64,000 nt of DNA from Marinilabiliales bacterium (GCA_002869385.1 PKTB01000026.1:8104-72103); one strand, 5' to 3'; positions 48,240-59,344 are shown, numbered from the stretch's first letter. Made by a program: numbers and translations. The notes: a model not told the origin generated them from the sequence alone.

Positions 48240-49799
48240 TTATTTTTTAATAAATTTACTTCTTATTGATTTTGAATTGAAATAACTACCTGTAGTTTTT
48301 ATTTTCACTACATATAATCCCGGGGTTAAAGAGCTAATATCAATCTTCTGCATATTTGAAGCTTCTATAATTTTTTGTCCAGTTGAATTATAAACTTCAA
48401 TTTGCGTTTTGTTATTCTCAATGTTTTCAATGTAGATGTAATCATGAGCCGGATTTGGATAAACTATCTGTTTCATGCAAACTTGATTCTGAAGAATATC
48501 TGTGTTTGAACATAATACTGTATTCGAAGGTGTGTGATTACTAATTGTAAGAGAGGCACTGCTTTCAGTTGCGCCAGAGCCAGTAATTGTTAGATTTTTA
48601 ATTGTAGGAGTAATAATTTAAACATCTGTAATTACATCGTTTTGGTTGCATCCACTGTTTCCAACACCATCTAGTTTTCCAAAGTAAATATCAGAACCAT
48701 AATCGCCTGTAAAAACAATTACACCATCAAATGTTGTTTGAATATCATAAATATAGGCTGCCCCGCTAAGACCATATATCTTTGACCAGATAGTGTTACC
48801 TGTGCTGTTAATATTTATAATGTATGCTTCGTCACCACTGAAGCTATAAGTATATCCTCCTATAAAGTATCCACCGCTTCCGTTTTCCTTAATTGAATAT
48901 CCATAATCTGAAGCTGCCCCTCCGTAGGTTTTTGCCCATATAGGTGTGCCAAAACTATCTGTTTTTATCACAAGTATATCCATATTGGTATTGTAGCTCT
49001 GTGTTTCACCAACCAATATGTATCCATTGTCTGATGTTTGAATAACTGATCGTGCAGCATCATCTTCTATTATTTCACCATATGTTTTAAACCATTCAAC
49101 ATTTCCGTTTATATCTGTTTTTAGTAAAAACGCATCAAAATAGTACCCATCCTCTGAATCTGTTGCTCTTCCGGCAATAATATATCCGCCATCATTTGTT
49201 TCTTTTATATCAAATGCTTCATCGGTCGAATAATTTCCATAACCATACTTTTTTGACCATAATAAATTACCTGAGGAGTTTACTTTTATAACAAATGCCT
49301 CCCAATCACTAGAACATCCTACAACTACAAAATCATTGGTAGTCGTTTCAATTACAGAGTATGCCAAATCTTCCTTGTTGATGCTTAAATCTCCATATAT
49401 TTTAGTCCATATAGTATCGCCAACGCTATTTGTTCTTATTAGAAGAAAGTCTTCGGAATCATCTGGCCCAAAACTTTTTGTAATTCCTGCCAAAATATAT
49501 CCACCATCGCTAACTTGCTGTACGGAGAAAATCCTTTCCTGATCTGCACCACCATACATTTTAGCCCATTCAATAACACCTAAACTCGAAAATTTGATCA
49601 ATAATGCATCATATGTATAATTACCAGCACCAAAACTTGAAGTCCAACCGGCTATTACATAACCATTATCGGAGGTTTGTTTTACTGACTCTCCAAATTC
49701 AGTTTCATCACCACTAATTCTTTCCTGAAAAGTTATTTGACCGAAAACAGAAAAAACAATCATTACTTGTGCAATAAAAAGAAGGAAAACTTTATTCAT
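48240..49799 (-). CDS. T9SS type A CTD propeller protein (QTSDNGY repeats) with in-frame TAA at 48618-48620
   Basis: Repeated W.KTYG...QT.D.GYI units; YPNP CTD in the same frame. Confidence 0.8.
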
Positions 49800-49933
49800 A
49801 TTATTATATTTACTAATTATGTCTTGTCCTGAAATATGCTTACAGTTTAAACATATGATTAAGTTCTATATTTAAACACCATATCAGGGGTTTTATACAA
49901 AGATAAGTGTAATCTTTTATTATTTCATTTTTT

Positions 49934-50029
49934 GAAAGCCAAATTGCAAAATTTAGCAGTGGTGCAGAAATGAGACTAACAGAATTATCTGCATAAAACT
50001 ACGCATGGTATATAGGTGTTGTTATCAGC
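49934..50029 (-). repeat. attC-like site, truncated
   Basis: aaagccaaattgcaaaatttagc...gcatggtatataggtgttgttatc. Confidence 0.75.
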
Positions 50030-50057
50030 TGGCATTGAATACGATAAAAGAGTAATA

Positions 50058-50375
50058 TTATTTGTTCTTTAAACTATTTATGGATTTTATGGTATTCATT
50101 ATTGTTAGATATGACAATCCAATATCATTAATAACTGTGCATGAAATATAGTATGCTTCTTTCCCCTCAAAAAGAAATTCATATGTTATCCTGTCCTCTA
50201 CATAGCTTTCAGTTTTTTTCGGTTTCCCAAGTACTGAAAAGATTTTTTCTGCTGACATATTTGGGTATAGTGGAATGTCTATATTCTTCAAAAAATTGAC
50301 TAATTTTTGATTTTCAAAATCATCTTCAATAAATTGAAATATTGTATCCCCAATGAAACCAATATTTTCATACAA
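50058..50375 (-). CDS. Hypothetical protein, probably a 5'-truncated cassette gene
   Basis: No ATG start; frame stays open into the 3' end of the upstream gene. Confidence 0.5.
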   Translation of the reverse strand: MYENIGFIGDTIFQFIEDDFENQKLVNFLKNIDIPLYPNMSAEKIFSVLGKPKKTESYVEDRITYEFLFEGKEAYYISCTVINDIGLSYLTIMNTIKSINSLKNK

Positions 50376-50400
50376 ATATATAGTCCCGAACGCTATTTTA

Positions 50401-52203
50401 TTAAATCTTCACAATTTTAGATAAATACACCTTGTTTTCTTTAATAGTTCTAATGAAATAGACTCCTGGCCTATATTCATCTCCCATAATTATTTTGTTC
50501 TCAAATTTATTACATTCTTTAATAAACACAACTTTACCTGTTTTGTCTATAACTTCAATTGTAAAATCATCTTTATCCTGAATACCTACTGAAAAATAAT
50601 TTTTAAATGGATTTGGATAAACCTGATTAAATTCTTGTGTAGGTTCAAAAATATTGGTTGAAGAGACAAGACTACTAATATATGAGTAAGTTGTGTCAAT
50701 CTCGGTTCCGTTAATGCTTAGAATAAATTCGACAACATCAATAGCATCCTCTGTTAAAACTGGAATATTGTAATTAATCTCAATGCTGTCATTTTCAAAA
50801 GGCAAAATTGAAGCAGTGTTTATTTGCTGATTACTAACCCAACCTAGTTCTGAACTAATATCGCATGTTAATACCTGACTATCTGTGCTGTTGTTGTTTA
50901 AATAAACGCTAACTGTACCATTGCTGTTCTGTGCCGCTGCAATAGCAAATGGTTGAATATGACCTGAAATATATGAATCGTCAGCTACATCAGTTGTAGG
51001 ATCTGGGTCGCAAACCTCACCTATACCTTCTGTTGGAGGAATAATGTTATCACTATACATATAAATTGCACCCAGAGAAAAGATCGCATCTGTAACATGT
51101 AAGCCTGATAAATCAATTGTTCCACCAGGAATTGTATATAATGTTAAATCGTTTTCGGATATAATTGAAGCAAATCCATTAAGATTTTTAATTACAATAT
51201 CTTCTGCAGTAACAGTTATATCAAAACCACTAATCATATTATCTGCATGATCTAAAATAACGCTATCCGCACTAAGTGTAACATCATTAGGTAAAATTTC
51301 TTTATAGCCACCATGGGAATAGCCTGATTCTATAGTACCAGTATTATAAATTTTTGTAGTTCCACTAATCGTGATTTTACCGCCAAAAGCAGTCTGTCCA
51401 CCGGCTCCTCCTCGGATAGTGCCAGAATTTTGAAGGTGTACAGCACTTAAAATAACACTCCCGCCATCCCATAAATCGGCATTTGGATTGTCTGTTACGT
51501 GACCTCCTAATATAGTACCAGTATTTCTAAATTCTTGATCTGCAATAATTGAAACATCAACCCCATGATTAGTTCCTCCAGTAATACCTCCTTCATTAAA
51601 TACATCAATTGCTTTTATATTTATCATATTATCTCCATGGGGTGTTTCTAATTGGTCATCGCACACTATAACTCCATCCTCACTATTATATAAAGAATTA
51701 ATTGAACCGATTAAAGATGAGATTTTAACAAACCCTTCGTTAGTAAAGCTCATACCTGTGTTTTCTTCAGGACTTTCATCTTGTGTTGCATCAAACTCTA
51801 AAACTGATTTTAATGCCCCATCATTTGGTTGAATCGTCCCATAATTAAACAGAACTGGATAACCTGATTGATTTTTATCAGCAACTGTTAATGTTCCATT
51901 CAAATTCATAGTGCCAACGTTTTCTATAGTATGGTCAACTATTCTGTGATTGCCACCATCTTGAAATGATAAGGTGCCTAGATTTGTAATATGTTCAAAA
52001 GTAATTGTGCCTCCTTCTGAAGACACTTCACATGTTGGTGAACCATAAGGGATCTCGACAACATCAGAAGCAGTTGGTGTTCCACTCGGATCCCAATTTG
52101 CAGGATTGTGATAGTTGTTGTCAGCTGAACCTGTCCATGTTTTCTGCCCAAAAGAAATAAAGGAAATTAGTAGCATGATGCTAATAAGGTATAACTTTTT
52201 CAT
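50401..52203 (-). CDS. T9SS type A CTD protein with Gly/Asn-rich beta-helix-like repeats
   Basis: MKKLYLI signal, KTWTG...NW motif, N.GTI repeats, YPNPF CTD. Confidence 0.8.
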   Translation of the reverse strand: MKKLYLISIMLLISFISFGQKTWTGSADNNYHNPANWDPSGTPTASDVVEIPYGSPTCEVSSEGGTITFEHITNLGTLSFQDGGNHRIVDHTIENVGTMNLNGTLTVADKNQSGYPVLFNYGTIQPNDGALKSVLEFDATQDESPEENTGMSFTNEGFVKISSLIGSINSLYNSEDGVIVCDDQLETPHGDNMINIKAIDVFNEGGITGGTNHGVDVSIIADQEFRNTGTILGGHVTDNPNADLWDGGSVILSAVHLQNSGTIRGGAGGQTAFGGKITISGTTKIYNTGTIESGYSHGGYKEILPNDVTLSADSVILDHADNMISGFDITVTAEDIVIKNLNGFASIISENDLTLYTIPGGTIDLSGLHVTDAIFSLGAIYMYSDNIIPPTEGIGEVCDPDPTTDVADDSYISGHIQPFAIAAAQNSNGTVSVYLNNNSTDSQVLTCDISSELGWVSNQQINTASILPFENDSIEINYNIPVLTEDAIDVVEFILSINGTEIDTTYSYISSLVSSTNIFEPTQEFNQVYPNPFKNYFSVGIQDKDDFTIEVIDKTGKVVFIKECNKFENKIIMGDEYRPGVYFIRTIKENKVYLSKIVKI

Positions 52204-52525
52204 AATATTGGTTTTTAGTGTTGACACAAATATGAGAAAAAATTCAATAAGAACCAAAAGTGGCGTAAACTGTACTAAATATTGTTTAAATGCTCTTTGG
52301 TAGGATGTAATCATTGTTTTGTAAAAGTGTTGCAATTAGAATGATAGTGCTTTGAAACAATGGTTTAAATAAGTAAAATTATAATTTATGTAAAGATTAT
52401 TTACTGGTTTAGTTGTTGGCTCAAAATCCTTATTTCTAGTTTTCACTGTAAGGTTTTGTAATTCCATCATTTTTATACATAATTTACTACATATTGTGTA
52501 GCCAGATTTTAGGACGGGTCAAAAT

Positions 52526-52656
52526 GGTTGCTAACGATCGCAGCTATGGGTTTTGACGCATTATTGTTTCTGATTGAAAACCAGAAGCTTCTATAATAAG
52601 CGTAAGGGTCTTATTTGTAATGCTTTGCGACATTGCCGATAGGTGCTGTTACCACC
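52526..52656 (-). repeat. attC-like site, short divergent variant (~130 bp)
   Basis: ggttgctaacgatcgcagctatg...gataggtgctgttaccacc. Confidence 0.75.
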
Positions 52657-52681
52657 ATGTTTTAATTAATTATTATTCGGC

Positions 52682-54712
52682 TCAATTGTCAACTAGTACT
52701 AATTTACACATAGGATAATGTACGTTTTCTGATGATAGTTGAATGTAGTACAACCAGCTAGGTAAATTGTCAAGATGCAAGATTATCATTTGCCCTGAAA
52801 TATTATTCATTTGCTTTACTTGTTTACCATTGGAATTATAAACTCTCAGCATTGCATCATTCAAATTTTCATTAATAGTAATAGTTGTTCCTGAAGAAAA
52901 TGGATTTGGAGATACTAAGAGAGGTAATTTTGCTTCGTCAGGAATTGGTATGATATTGCCAGTTACACTATTATACTCGTAAGCCCCAATATCAACCATT
53001 GCATTAATGGGTACTGACTGTCCTGTAATATCTGTGTCAAGTCCAATGTGTGTTCCTGCGTCTATACATGGAGAGGATGAGTTTAAAGCAAACTCATCTA
53101 AGCTGGGGCTGACAAAAAGTGGATTAGTAATTAAAGAGTTACTATCCTGACCAGAAATATTCTGATAAGAATTGAAATCCGAAGATAAATAGTTATTACC
53201 GATCCAGTGAATTAGATTTGCTGAAGGATCAGCATGGTAAAAGCAGTTATAATCCATTTTAAAATCAATTCCAATATTTGCAATTTCAACGACATTATTA
53301 GAATATTCAGGATTGAATACGATATTATTTTTAACCGAACAATGATCGGAATTACCCGCCCACATTCCTCTGAATGATATACCAGCATACAGACAATTGT
53401 AAACAGTATTGTTATAAACTAATGTACTATCATTTTCCTGTTCAATCATAATACCAATTCCGATAAAGTCATAACAGAGGTTATAGCACACCTCGTTTGC
53501 GGTAGAAGTATATCCGTAGGTCCCATCATCATCATCTAAATGAATCCCAACCATTCCGTCAGAAACAATATTGTAATAGAACTTGCTATGACTAACCCCG
53601 AATGTATAAATGCCGGCAGAAAGCCATCCGCTATATGGACTGGAAAAATCATCAACAGCTTCTGAAATAGTATTGTTGGTGACAATTAAATAATCGCAGT
53701 TTTCCAATCCTATCCCGCAACGATCAGGAATATATACAGATGCTTTATAAATATTATTATCAGATACTTCAACTCCGGTGGAATATCTTACACCAATAGC
53801 ACTACCGCCTGTCATAATTAGATTATTATTACATATCCGACTCCCATAAAGTGTTGATATTGTTGATGGTCCTGCCGGAACAAAAATCCCAATATTCCAG
53901 ATATTATATGTCTCATTATTAATGATGGTAATTGTATCATTTGAATAAAGAAAATGAATGAATATCCCATTCCCATGAAAAATATCCGAACCTGATCCAC
54001 CAACATTCGAAATATTTGTGCTATCGATAATTAAGCCTGCACCTGGATTATATGCATATATCCCATCGTTAGTATAATATTTAAGTCTGAACTTTGAAAT
54101 GGTAATATGACTACAAACGTCTTCTATATGAATACCACAGTAATATTGAACAATCTCTATTCCATCAGCTAGATCTGCAGGATTGTCAGAAGGCGAATAA
54201 ATACTTACTTTATGTGAAACTGGATCATAGTAAAATTCCCATAGATTATCAAGACTGCTTAGAACACTTTCTTTCTTTGCTCTCAAAGGCAATGAATCAT
54301 TTGTATTATAAAAAAGCACTGATATTTCTTCATTAAAGGATATCACAGATTCCCATATATTATTTCCAGTATAAATCCAATAATTTGTTGAATCAGCTTC
54401 AGTACTACCTTTCAATGTAGGATAATCACCTGATCCATAAGAAGAGAATACGATAGGTTGACTCGAACTACCAGTATAATTGATAAATATATTACCTGTC
54501 CAGCTTTGGCCTCTGTGAAATAGGATACTGTCTCCCGGTTGAAAAACAACGTAATTCACTTTATCTATTGTTTCCCATGCAAGAGTCGGAGAAGTTCCAT
54601 CATAAGAATCACTTCCTGAGATTGCATCAACATAATAATTGGTTGAAAAACCAAGATTGCTTATTAAGCACATATTGATTAAAAAGATGATATTAAAAAC
54701 AGGTTTTTTCAT
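52682..54712 (-). CDS. Right-handed beta-helix repeat protein with T9SS CTD (lyase/hydrolase-like)
   Basis: TNYYVD...G.D..DGTSP, VYNNTV, SPCIDAG...DIGAYE and PNPF. Confidence 0.82.
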   Translation of the reverse strand: MKKPVFNIIFLINMCLISNLGFSTNYYVDAISGSDSYDGTSPTLAWETIDKVNYVVFQPGDSILFHRGQSWTGNIFINYTGSSSQPIVFSSYGSGDYPTLKGSTEADSTNYWIYTGNNIWESVISFNEEISVLFYNTNDSLPLRAKKESVLSSLDNLWEFYYDPVSHKVSIYSPSDNPADLADGIEIVQYYCGIHIEDVCSHITISKFRLKYYTNDGIYAYNPGAGLIIDSTNISNVGGSGSDIFHGNGIFIHFLYSNDTITIINNETYNIWNIGIFVPAGPSTISTLYGSRICNNNLIMTGGSAIGVRYSTGVEVSDNNIYKASVYIPDRCGIGLENCDYLIVTNNTISEAVDDFSSPYSGWLSAGIYTFGVSHSKFYYNIVSDGMVGIHLDDDDGTYGYTSTANEVCYNLCYDFIGIGIMIEQENDSTLVYNNTVYNCLYAGISFRGMWAGNSDHCSVKNNIVFNPEYSNNVVEIANIGIDFKMDYNCFYHADPSANLIHWIGNNYLSSDFNSYQNISGQDSNSLITNPLFVSPSLDEFALNSSSPCIDAGTHIGLDTDITGQSVPINAMVDIGAYEYNSVTGNIIPIPDEAKLPLLVSPNPFSSGTTITINENLNDAMLRVYNSNGKQVKQMNNISGQMIILHLDNLPSWLYYIQLSSENVHYPMCKLVLVDN

Positions 54713-54796
54713 GTAAAACTTTCTGTAAAAGAATTATTACTTACAAAGTAACAAAACTTAAATAGGTTTTTATTCAGATAGCTTGTTTTTTTTTTA

Positions 54797-54879
54797 TTAG
54801 CGGTGGTTCGGAAAAGCGACTTCCTTACTTTTACCTATATACCCCGCATCCGCCATGGCGGATAGATGTTGTTATCAAC
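54797..54879 (-). repeat. attC-like site, truncated
   Basis: gcggtggttcggaaaagcgac...gatagatgttgttatcaac. Confidence 0.75.
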
Positions 54880-54888
54880 TGCCGTTTT

Positions 54889-55188
54889 TTAGTCGTTTAA
54901 TCTATTTTCTATATCCATCATTTGGTGTAAAACTCTGATAATTTCAACAATGTTACTCTTCTTTTCAATTTTATAAAAGATAAGATGAGATTTGATTTTG
55001 GTTTTGTAATATCCTTTCCTGACTGAACTGCAATCTATCCCAGATTTTGGTTTTTTTGCGACATATTCTATTTCATCTAGAATTAAATTTAGATATCTGT
55101 CCGCTTGCTCAGCCGACCAGTTTTCAAATGTATAAAACCAAATATTTTCAAGATCTTGGCTTGCCAAGAGACTTATTTTGTATTTCAT
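54889..55188 (-). CDS. parE: Type II toxin, ParE family
   Basis: ASQDLENIW.YT..NWS.EQADRY, HLIFY and IIRVLHQMMD. Confidence 0.92.
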   Translation of the reverse strand: MKYKISLLASQDLENIWFYTFENWSAEQADRYLNLILDEIEYVAKKPKSGIDCSSVRKGYYKTKIKSHLIFYKIEKKSNIVEIIRVLHQMMDIENRLND

Positions 55189-55436
55189 TATGCTGGAAGG
55201 TGTTTTTCGTGAATGCTTTTAAGAAAAGTATCACGGTCAAAATCTTTTACAAAACCAGATTTCTCACCTTTCTTTAATTCTTTAATAAGTTCTGATTTCT
55301 TTGATTGCTCATATTCAAAAAGTCTAAGAGCTGCTCTAACAACTTCACTTGCGGATGAGAACTTACCAGACTTTATTTGCTGATTAATGAAATTATCAAA
55401 ATAGTCTCCGAGTAGTATTGATGTATTTTTAGCCAT
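55188..55436 (-). CDS. parD: Type II antitoxin, ParD (CC2985-like RHH) family
   Basis: MAKNTSILLG...SGKFSSASEVVRAALRL; overlaps toxin start; TATCTTTG promoter motif near 55455-55462. Confidence 0.92.
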   Translation of the reverse strand: MAKNTSILLGDYFDNFINQQIKSGKFSSASEVVRAALRLFEYEQSKKSELIKELKKGEKSGFVKDFDRDTFLKSIHEKHLPA

Positions 55437-55498
55437 AATTGTTTATGTTTTTTACAAAGATACCAATTATTGGTATTGTGCGCAAGTTTTTTTCGATT

Positions 55499-55724
55499 GT
55501 TGCTAACGGTCGCAGCTATGTACCGTGCGGGACAGTACTCCGATAGTTATCGGAGGAGACCACGGTCGAATAAGCTGCGAAGCCAAATTTACTATTTTGA
55601 TTTTAATTTATTCATGTGTAAAAGCCATCCGCCGCGGCGGATGGGTGGTGGTTCGGAAGTGCGACTACCTTTATTTTACCTATATATCCCGCATCCGCCA
55701 TGGCGGATAGGTGTTGTTAGGTGC
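55499..55724 (-). repeat. attC-like site with palindromic insertions
   Basis: gttgctaacggtcgcagctatg...ataggtgttgttaggtgc. Confidence 0.85.
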
Positions 55725-55762
55725 TGTTTTTTTTTTAGTGCTATCCTACGTGTAAAAGAAAT

Positions 55763-56458
55763 TTAAAAAAGTCTGATTCCTAAAATAATTGCAGCAGCAT
55801 AAAATATACAGAATACTAACGCGACTTTAGCAAGAGTATGTCCGCTATATTTTTCAGGATAATATTTAATATCAGCTAATACAGCATATGCAAAAATAAA
55901 TCCTAAAAGTATAGATAACAAACTTATAGTAACACAAATGGCCAATGCACCTGTAGTCGGGATAAAAGCAGGTACAAGCCATATACCATATCCTGCTGTT
56001 GTGAAAATTATTGCAATGATAGCTGCAATATGAATTTTTGTGTCTTTTGAAGTTGATGCCTTTGTATTGATAGTCTCTTTTTTAGATTTTGAAACTATGT
56101 ATGCATCTTCTTGATATTGTGTATTTGAATAGTTGAATTTATTATTTATTGCAGTTTCTTGAAAATAATTTACGTTATTATCATTGGATGCATAAGTAGG
56201 TTCAAGTTCTGAAATAGTTTCATCTTGATTAAAATCTTTGATTTTATCAATATTATTATTTTTGGCTTTCTTGTCGTGAGAAGTAGTCTCTTTCAATTCA
56301 ATTGACTTATCCTCTGGATTATCATTTGATTTTCTATTTACGTTATGCCAATCAACGTAATAACCAGGTTGATATGAACGTTTTTCAATCGAACAAGAAT
56401 TTAATCCAACTATTAGAATAAGGATTAACAAAAGGAAAAAGGATGTCTGTTTTTGCAT
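55763..56458 (-). CDS. Lipoprotein paralog 1 (EKRSYQPGYY family, C-terminal TM helices)
   Basis: LNSC lipobox; three hydrophobic C-terminal segments. Confidence 0.8.
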   Translation of the reverse strand: MQKQTSFFLLLILILIVGLNSCSIEKRSYQPGYYVDWHNVNRKSNDNPEDKSIELKETTSHDKKAKNNNIDKIKDFNQDETISELEPTYASNDNNVNYFQETAINNKFNYSNTQYQEDAYIVSKSKKETINTKASTSKDTKIHIAAIIAIIFTTAGYGIWLVPAFIPTTGALAICVTISLLSILLGFIFAYAVLADIKYYPEKYSGHTLAKVALVFCIFYAAAIILGIRLF

Positions 56459-56479
56459 GTTGATTATGTTTGTGAAATA

Positions 56480-56705
56480 GTGGCTAACGGTCGCAGCTAT
56501 GTACCGTGCGGGACAGTACTCCGATAGTTATCTGAGGAGACCACGGTCGAATAAGCTGCGAAGCCAAATTTTCTATTTTGTTTTTAATTTATTCATTCGT
56601 AAAAGCCATCCGCCGCGGCGGATGGGCGATGGTTCGGAAGTGCGACTGCCTTTATTTTACCTATATACCCTGCATCCGCCATGGCGGATAGGTGTTGTTA
56701 TGCCT
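56480..56705 (-). repeat. attC-like site with palindromic insertions
   Basis: Nearly identical to 55499-55724. Confidence 0.85.
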
Positions 56706-56718
56706 ACGTTTTTTTCTA

Positions 56719-57429
56719 TTAAAATGCATACATAATCAACAGCATTAGTATAGTTAGACCTGTTATTATCATGTAGGCTATTGCTATAAATATTAGAGTC
56801 CCACTGATAATCCTGCCAGCTTTTGCAAGACGTCTACCAACAACTAAACCTTCTTTGTCTAACATTTTAATAGCATTGTTTGAAAATATCAAACCTCCAA
56901 TTGCAAGGCATAAGCTGAGTATTAGAAGCGATATTTGTAGTGCTGGAAATGAATATAGAAGAACTGTAAAAATGGGGGTAATTAATGCAGAAAGGCTTAG
57001 AGTGAAGCCAATTTTTGCCTTCTGGTTTCCAGATAAAACCTTGTTATTAGGACTCTGAATATCTTTTTTTAGTTCAAATGTGTTGTTTTTTATTTTGCAA
57101 AAACTCTCTGTAGATTTTGAATTTACTATATTAATATTTTCGTAGTTGTCGTCATTTGAGGCATAGACAGTTTCATATTCTTGTATTGCCTCTGGTTGAT
57201 CAAAATCTTCGATTTTATCAACATTATTTGCCTCGGTTGTCTTTTCTTGAAATGCTGTTTCTTTTTGTTCAACTGACTTATCTTCCGGATTAGTATTTGA
57301 TTTTCTATTTACGTTATGCCAATCAACGTAATACCCAGGTTGATATGAACGTTTTTCAATTGTACAGGAATTTAATCCAACTATTAGTATTAGGATTACA
57401 AAAAGAAAAAAGTATGATTGTTTTTTCAT
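56719..57429 (-). CDS. Lipoprotein paralog 2
   Basis: Same N-terminus; DUF4190-like G..LAKAG.I C-terminus. Confidence 0.8.
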   Translation of the reverse strand: MKKQSYFFLFVILILIVGLNSCTIEKRSYQPGYYVDWHNVNRKSNTNPEDKSVEQKETAFQEKTTEANNVDKIEDFDQPEAIQEYETVYASNDDNYENINIVNSKSTESFCKIKNNTFELKKDIQSPNNKVLSGNQKAKIGFTLSLSALITPIFTVLLYSFPALQISLLILSLCLAIGGLIFSNNAIKMLDKEGLVVGRRLAKAGRIISGTLIFIAIAYMIITGLTILMLLIMYAF

Positions 57430-57451
57430 GATGTGTCTGTCTGTTTATATG

Positions 57452-57664
57452 TTTGCTAACGGTCGCAGCTATGTGGAGTGCGAAATGGGAGTGGAGAATC
57501 CACTATCGGATGAGCTGTGAGCCGAATTTTGTTATTTTGATTTTAAATTATTTTACATAAAAGCCATCCGCCGCGGCGGATTGGCGGTGGAACGGAAATG
57601 TGACTCCCAGAATTACCGGCATAAAACTCCGCATCCGCCATGGCGGATAGGTGTTGTTAGCAAC
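57452..57664 (-). repeat. attC-like site with palindromic insertions
   Basis: tttgctaacggtcgcagctatg...gttgttagcaac. Confidence 0.85.
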
Positions 57665-57696
57665 CATTTTTTATAAGTTAAATTTAAGGATAAATA

Positions 57697-58398
57697 TCAA
57701 AATATTAATGAAAAGTAGTAGCCCCAGAAAAACATAACAATTATTATATTCGCAATAATAAGCCATATTCCTCTATATTCTTCTGGTTTCATTAGTATAA
57801 AATATAATGCAATAAGTGAAAAAAAACCTCCGGCATTAACAAAGATCGTACTGTATAACATACAGAATATGAAAAATCCTAAACTTGGAATAAAATCTAG
57901 TATAATTAATAGTCCTAAACCCAATCCAATTATGCATAAAATTAAATCTAGAATTGCTGCCCAATGTACTTTTCTGTGTGTGTTTATTGTGTCTGACGAT
58001 TTTGTTGTTTTCTCTTTTATTAAAGATTCATAACTTTCTAATTCCTCTTTTCTTATATTGGAAGAAACTGTCTTTTTTTGATTAGTGAATTTTATTATTT
58101 CAACATTATTCAAAGATTCATCAGAAGAAGAAAAAACTGGCTCAATTCCATGAATAACTTCCGGTTGATTAAAATCTTTGATTTTAACAACATTATTTTC
58201 TTTGACTTCCTTTTCGTGAAATGCTGTTACTTTTTGTTCAACTGACTTATCTTCCGGATTAGTATTTGATTTTCTATTTAAGTTATGCCAATCAACGTAA
58301 TAGCCAGGTTGATATGAACGTTTTTCAATAGTACAAGAATTTAATCCAACTATTAGTATTAGGATTACAAAAAGAAAAAAGTATGATTGTTTTTTCAT
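57697..58398 (-). CDS. Lipoprotein paralog 3
   Basis: Same N-terminus; PEEYRG motif between TM helices. Confidence 0.8.
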   Translation of the reverse strand: MKKQSYFFLFVILILIVGLNSCTIEKRSYQPGYYVDWHNLNRKSNTNPEDKSVEQKVTAFHEKEVKENNVVKIKDFNQPEVIHGIEPVFSSSDESLNNVEIIKFTNQKKTVSSNIRKEELESYESLIKEKTTKSSDTINTHRKVHWAAILDLILCIIGLGLGLLIILDFIPSLGFFIFCMLYSTIFVNAGGFFSLIALYFILMKPEEYRGIWLIIANIIIVMFFWGYYFSLIF

Positions 58399-58420
58399 GA
58401 TGTGTCTGTCTGTTTATATG

Positions 58421-58623
58421 TTTGCTAACGGTTGCAGCTATGTACTGTGCGGAAAAGGAATCGCGAATCCGTTATCTTACACGCTATGAGCCGAATTTTG
58501 TTATTTTGATTTTAAATTATTTTTCATAAAAGCCAAATTACAAAATTTGGCGGTGGAACGGAAATGCGACTCCCAGAATTACCCGCATAAAACTCCGCAT
58601 GGTATATAGCTGTTGTTATCGCC
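58421..58623 (-). repeat. attC-like site
   Basis: tttgctaacggttgcagctatg...tatagctgttgttatcgcc. Confidence 0.85.
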
Positions 58624-58654
58624 TGTTATTTATTTCAGAAATCTTTTTGTTATT

Positions 58655-59329
58655 TTAAATGTCAGATTTTTTAATTAAACGTTCATTATAGTATTTATAT
58701 TTACGAAGAAACTTTGGTGTAGTTTTCTTACGTTTATATTTATATGCTTTTAGCTTAATTTCATAACTTGCTATTGATGCTTCACCATTGATAAGATTAA
58801 TTTTGTAAATAGAATTGTCAGAAATTACATATAGACTATCATCAATTAGATTTAAATATTTTGAGTCTTTTATATTTAATACTGGATTTTGGTACATCGT
58901 CTTTGTAGAATAAGTGCAAAAATCAAAATCAAGAGAAATTTTGTTTTTTAGTTTGCCATTTCGAAATACATTTAATTCAGAAAATGACACAGAAACTACT
59001 GTTCCATCATCCAATTTCTTATTGTAACCATAGCTAATTAATTGAACAACCGTTTCTCCTGTATCTGAAATGATATAGTCAGACCAATTTTCATAGGTTA
59101 GTTTGAAAAAATATAACGGTTCCTTTTCTCCTTTTCTAGTAACAACAGCAATTGCCGAAGGGGTTGGCTCCAAATCATACCAATTTTTTGATTCTTCTGG
59201 AATTACTGTTAGAGAATAGTTTTTATTCAGTTACCAACATTTGAAAACCTTTGATTCTAAATATATTGGTTCGCTTGCTAATAAATAGCTTGATATTAAT
59301 ATGAATGCTGTTAATAATAGTGTTCTCAT
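58655..59329 (-). CDS. Hypothetical secreted protein with in-frame TAA at 59231-59233
   Basis: In-frame signal peptide MRTLLLTAFILISSYLLA upstream of the listed ORF. Confidence 0.65.
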
Positions 59330-59344
59330 ATTGTGTGTTTAATT

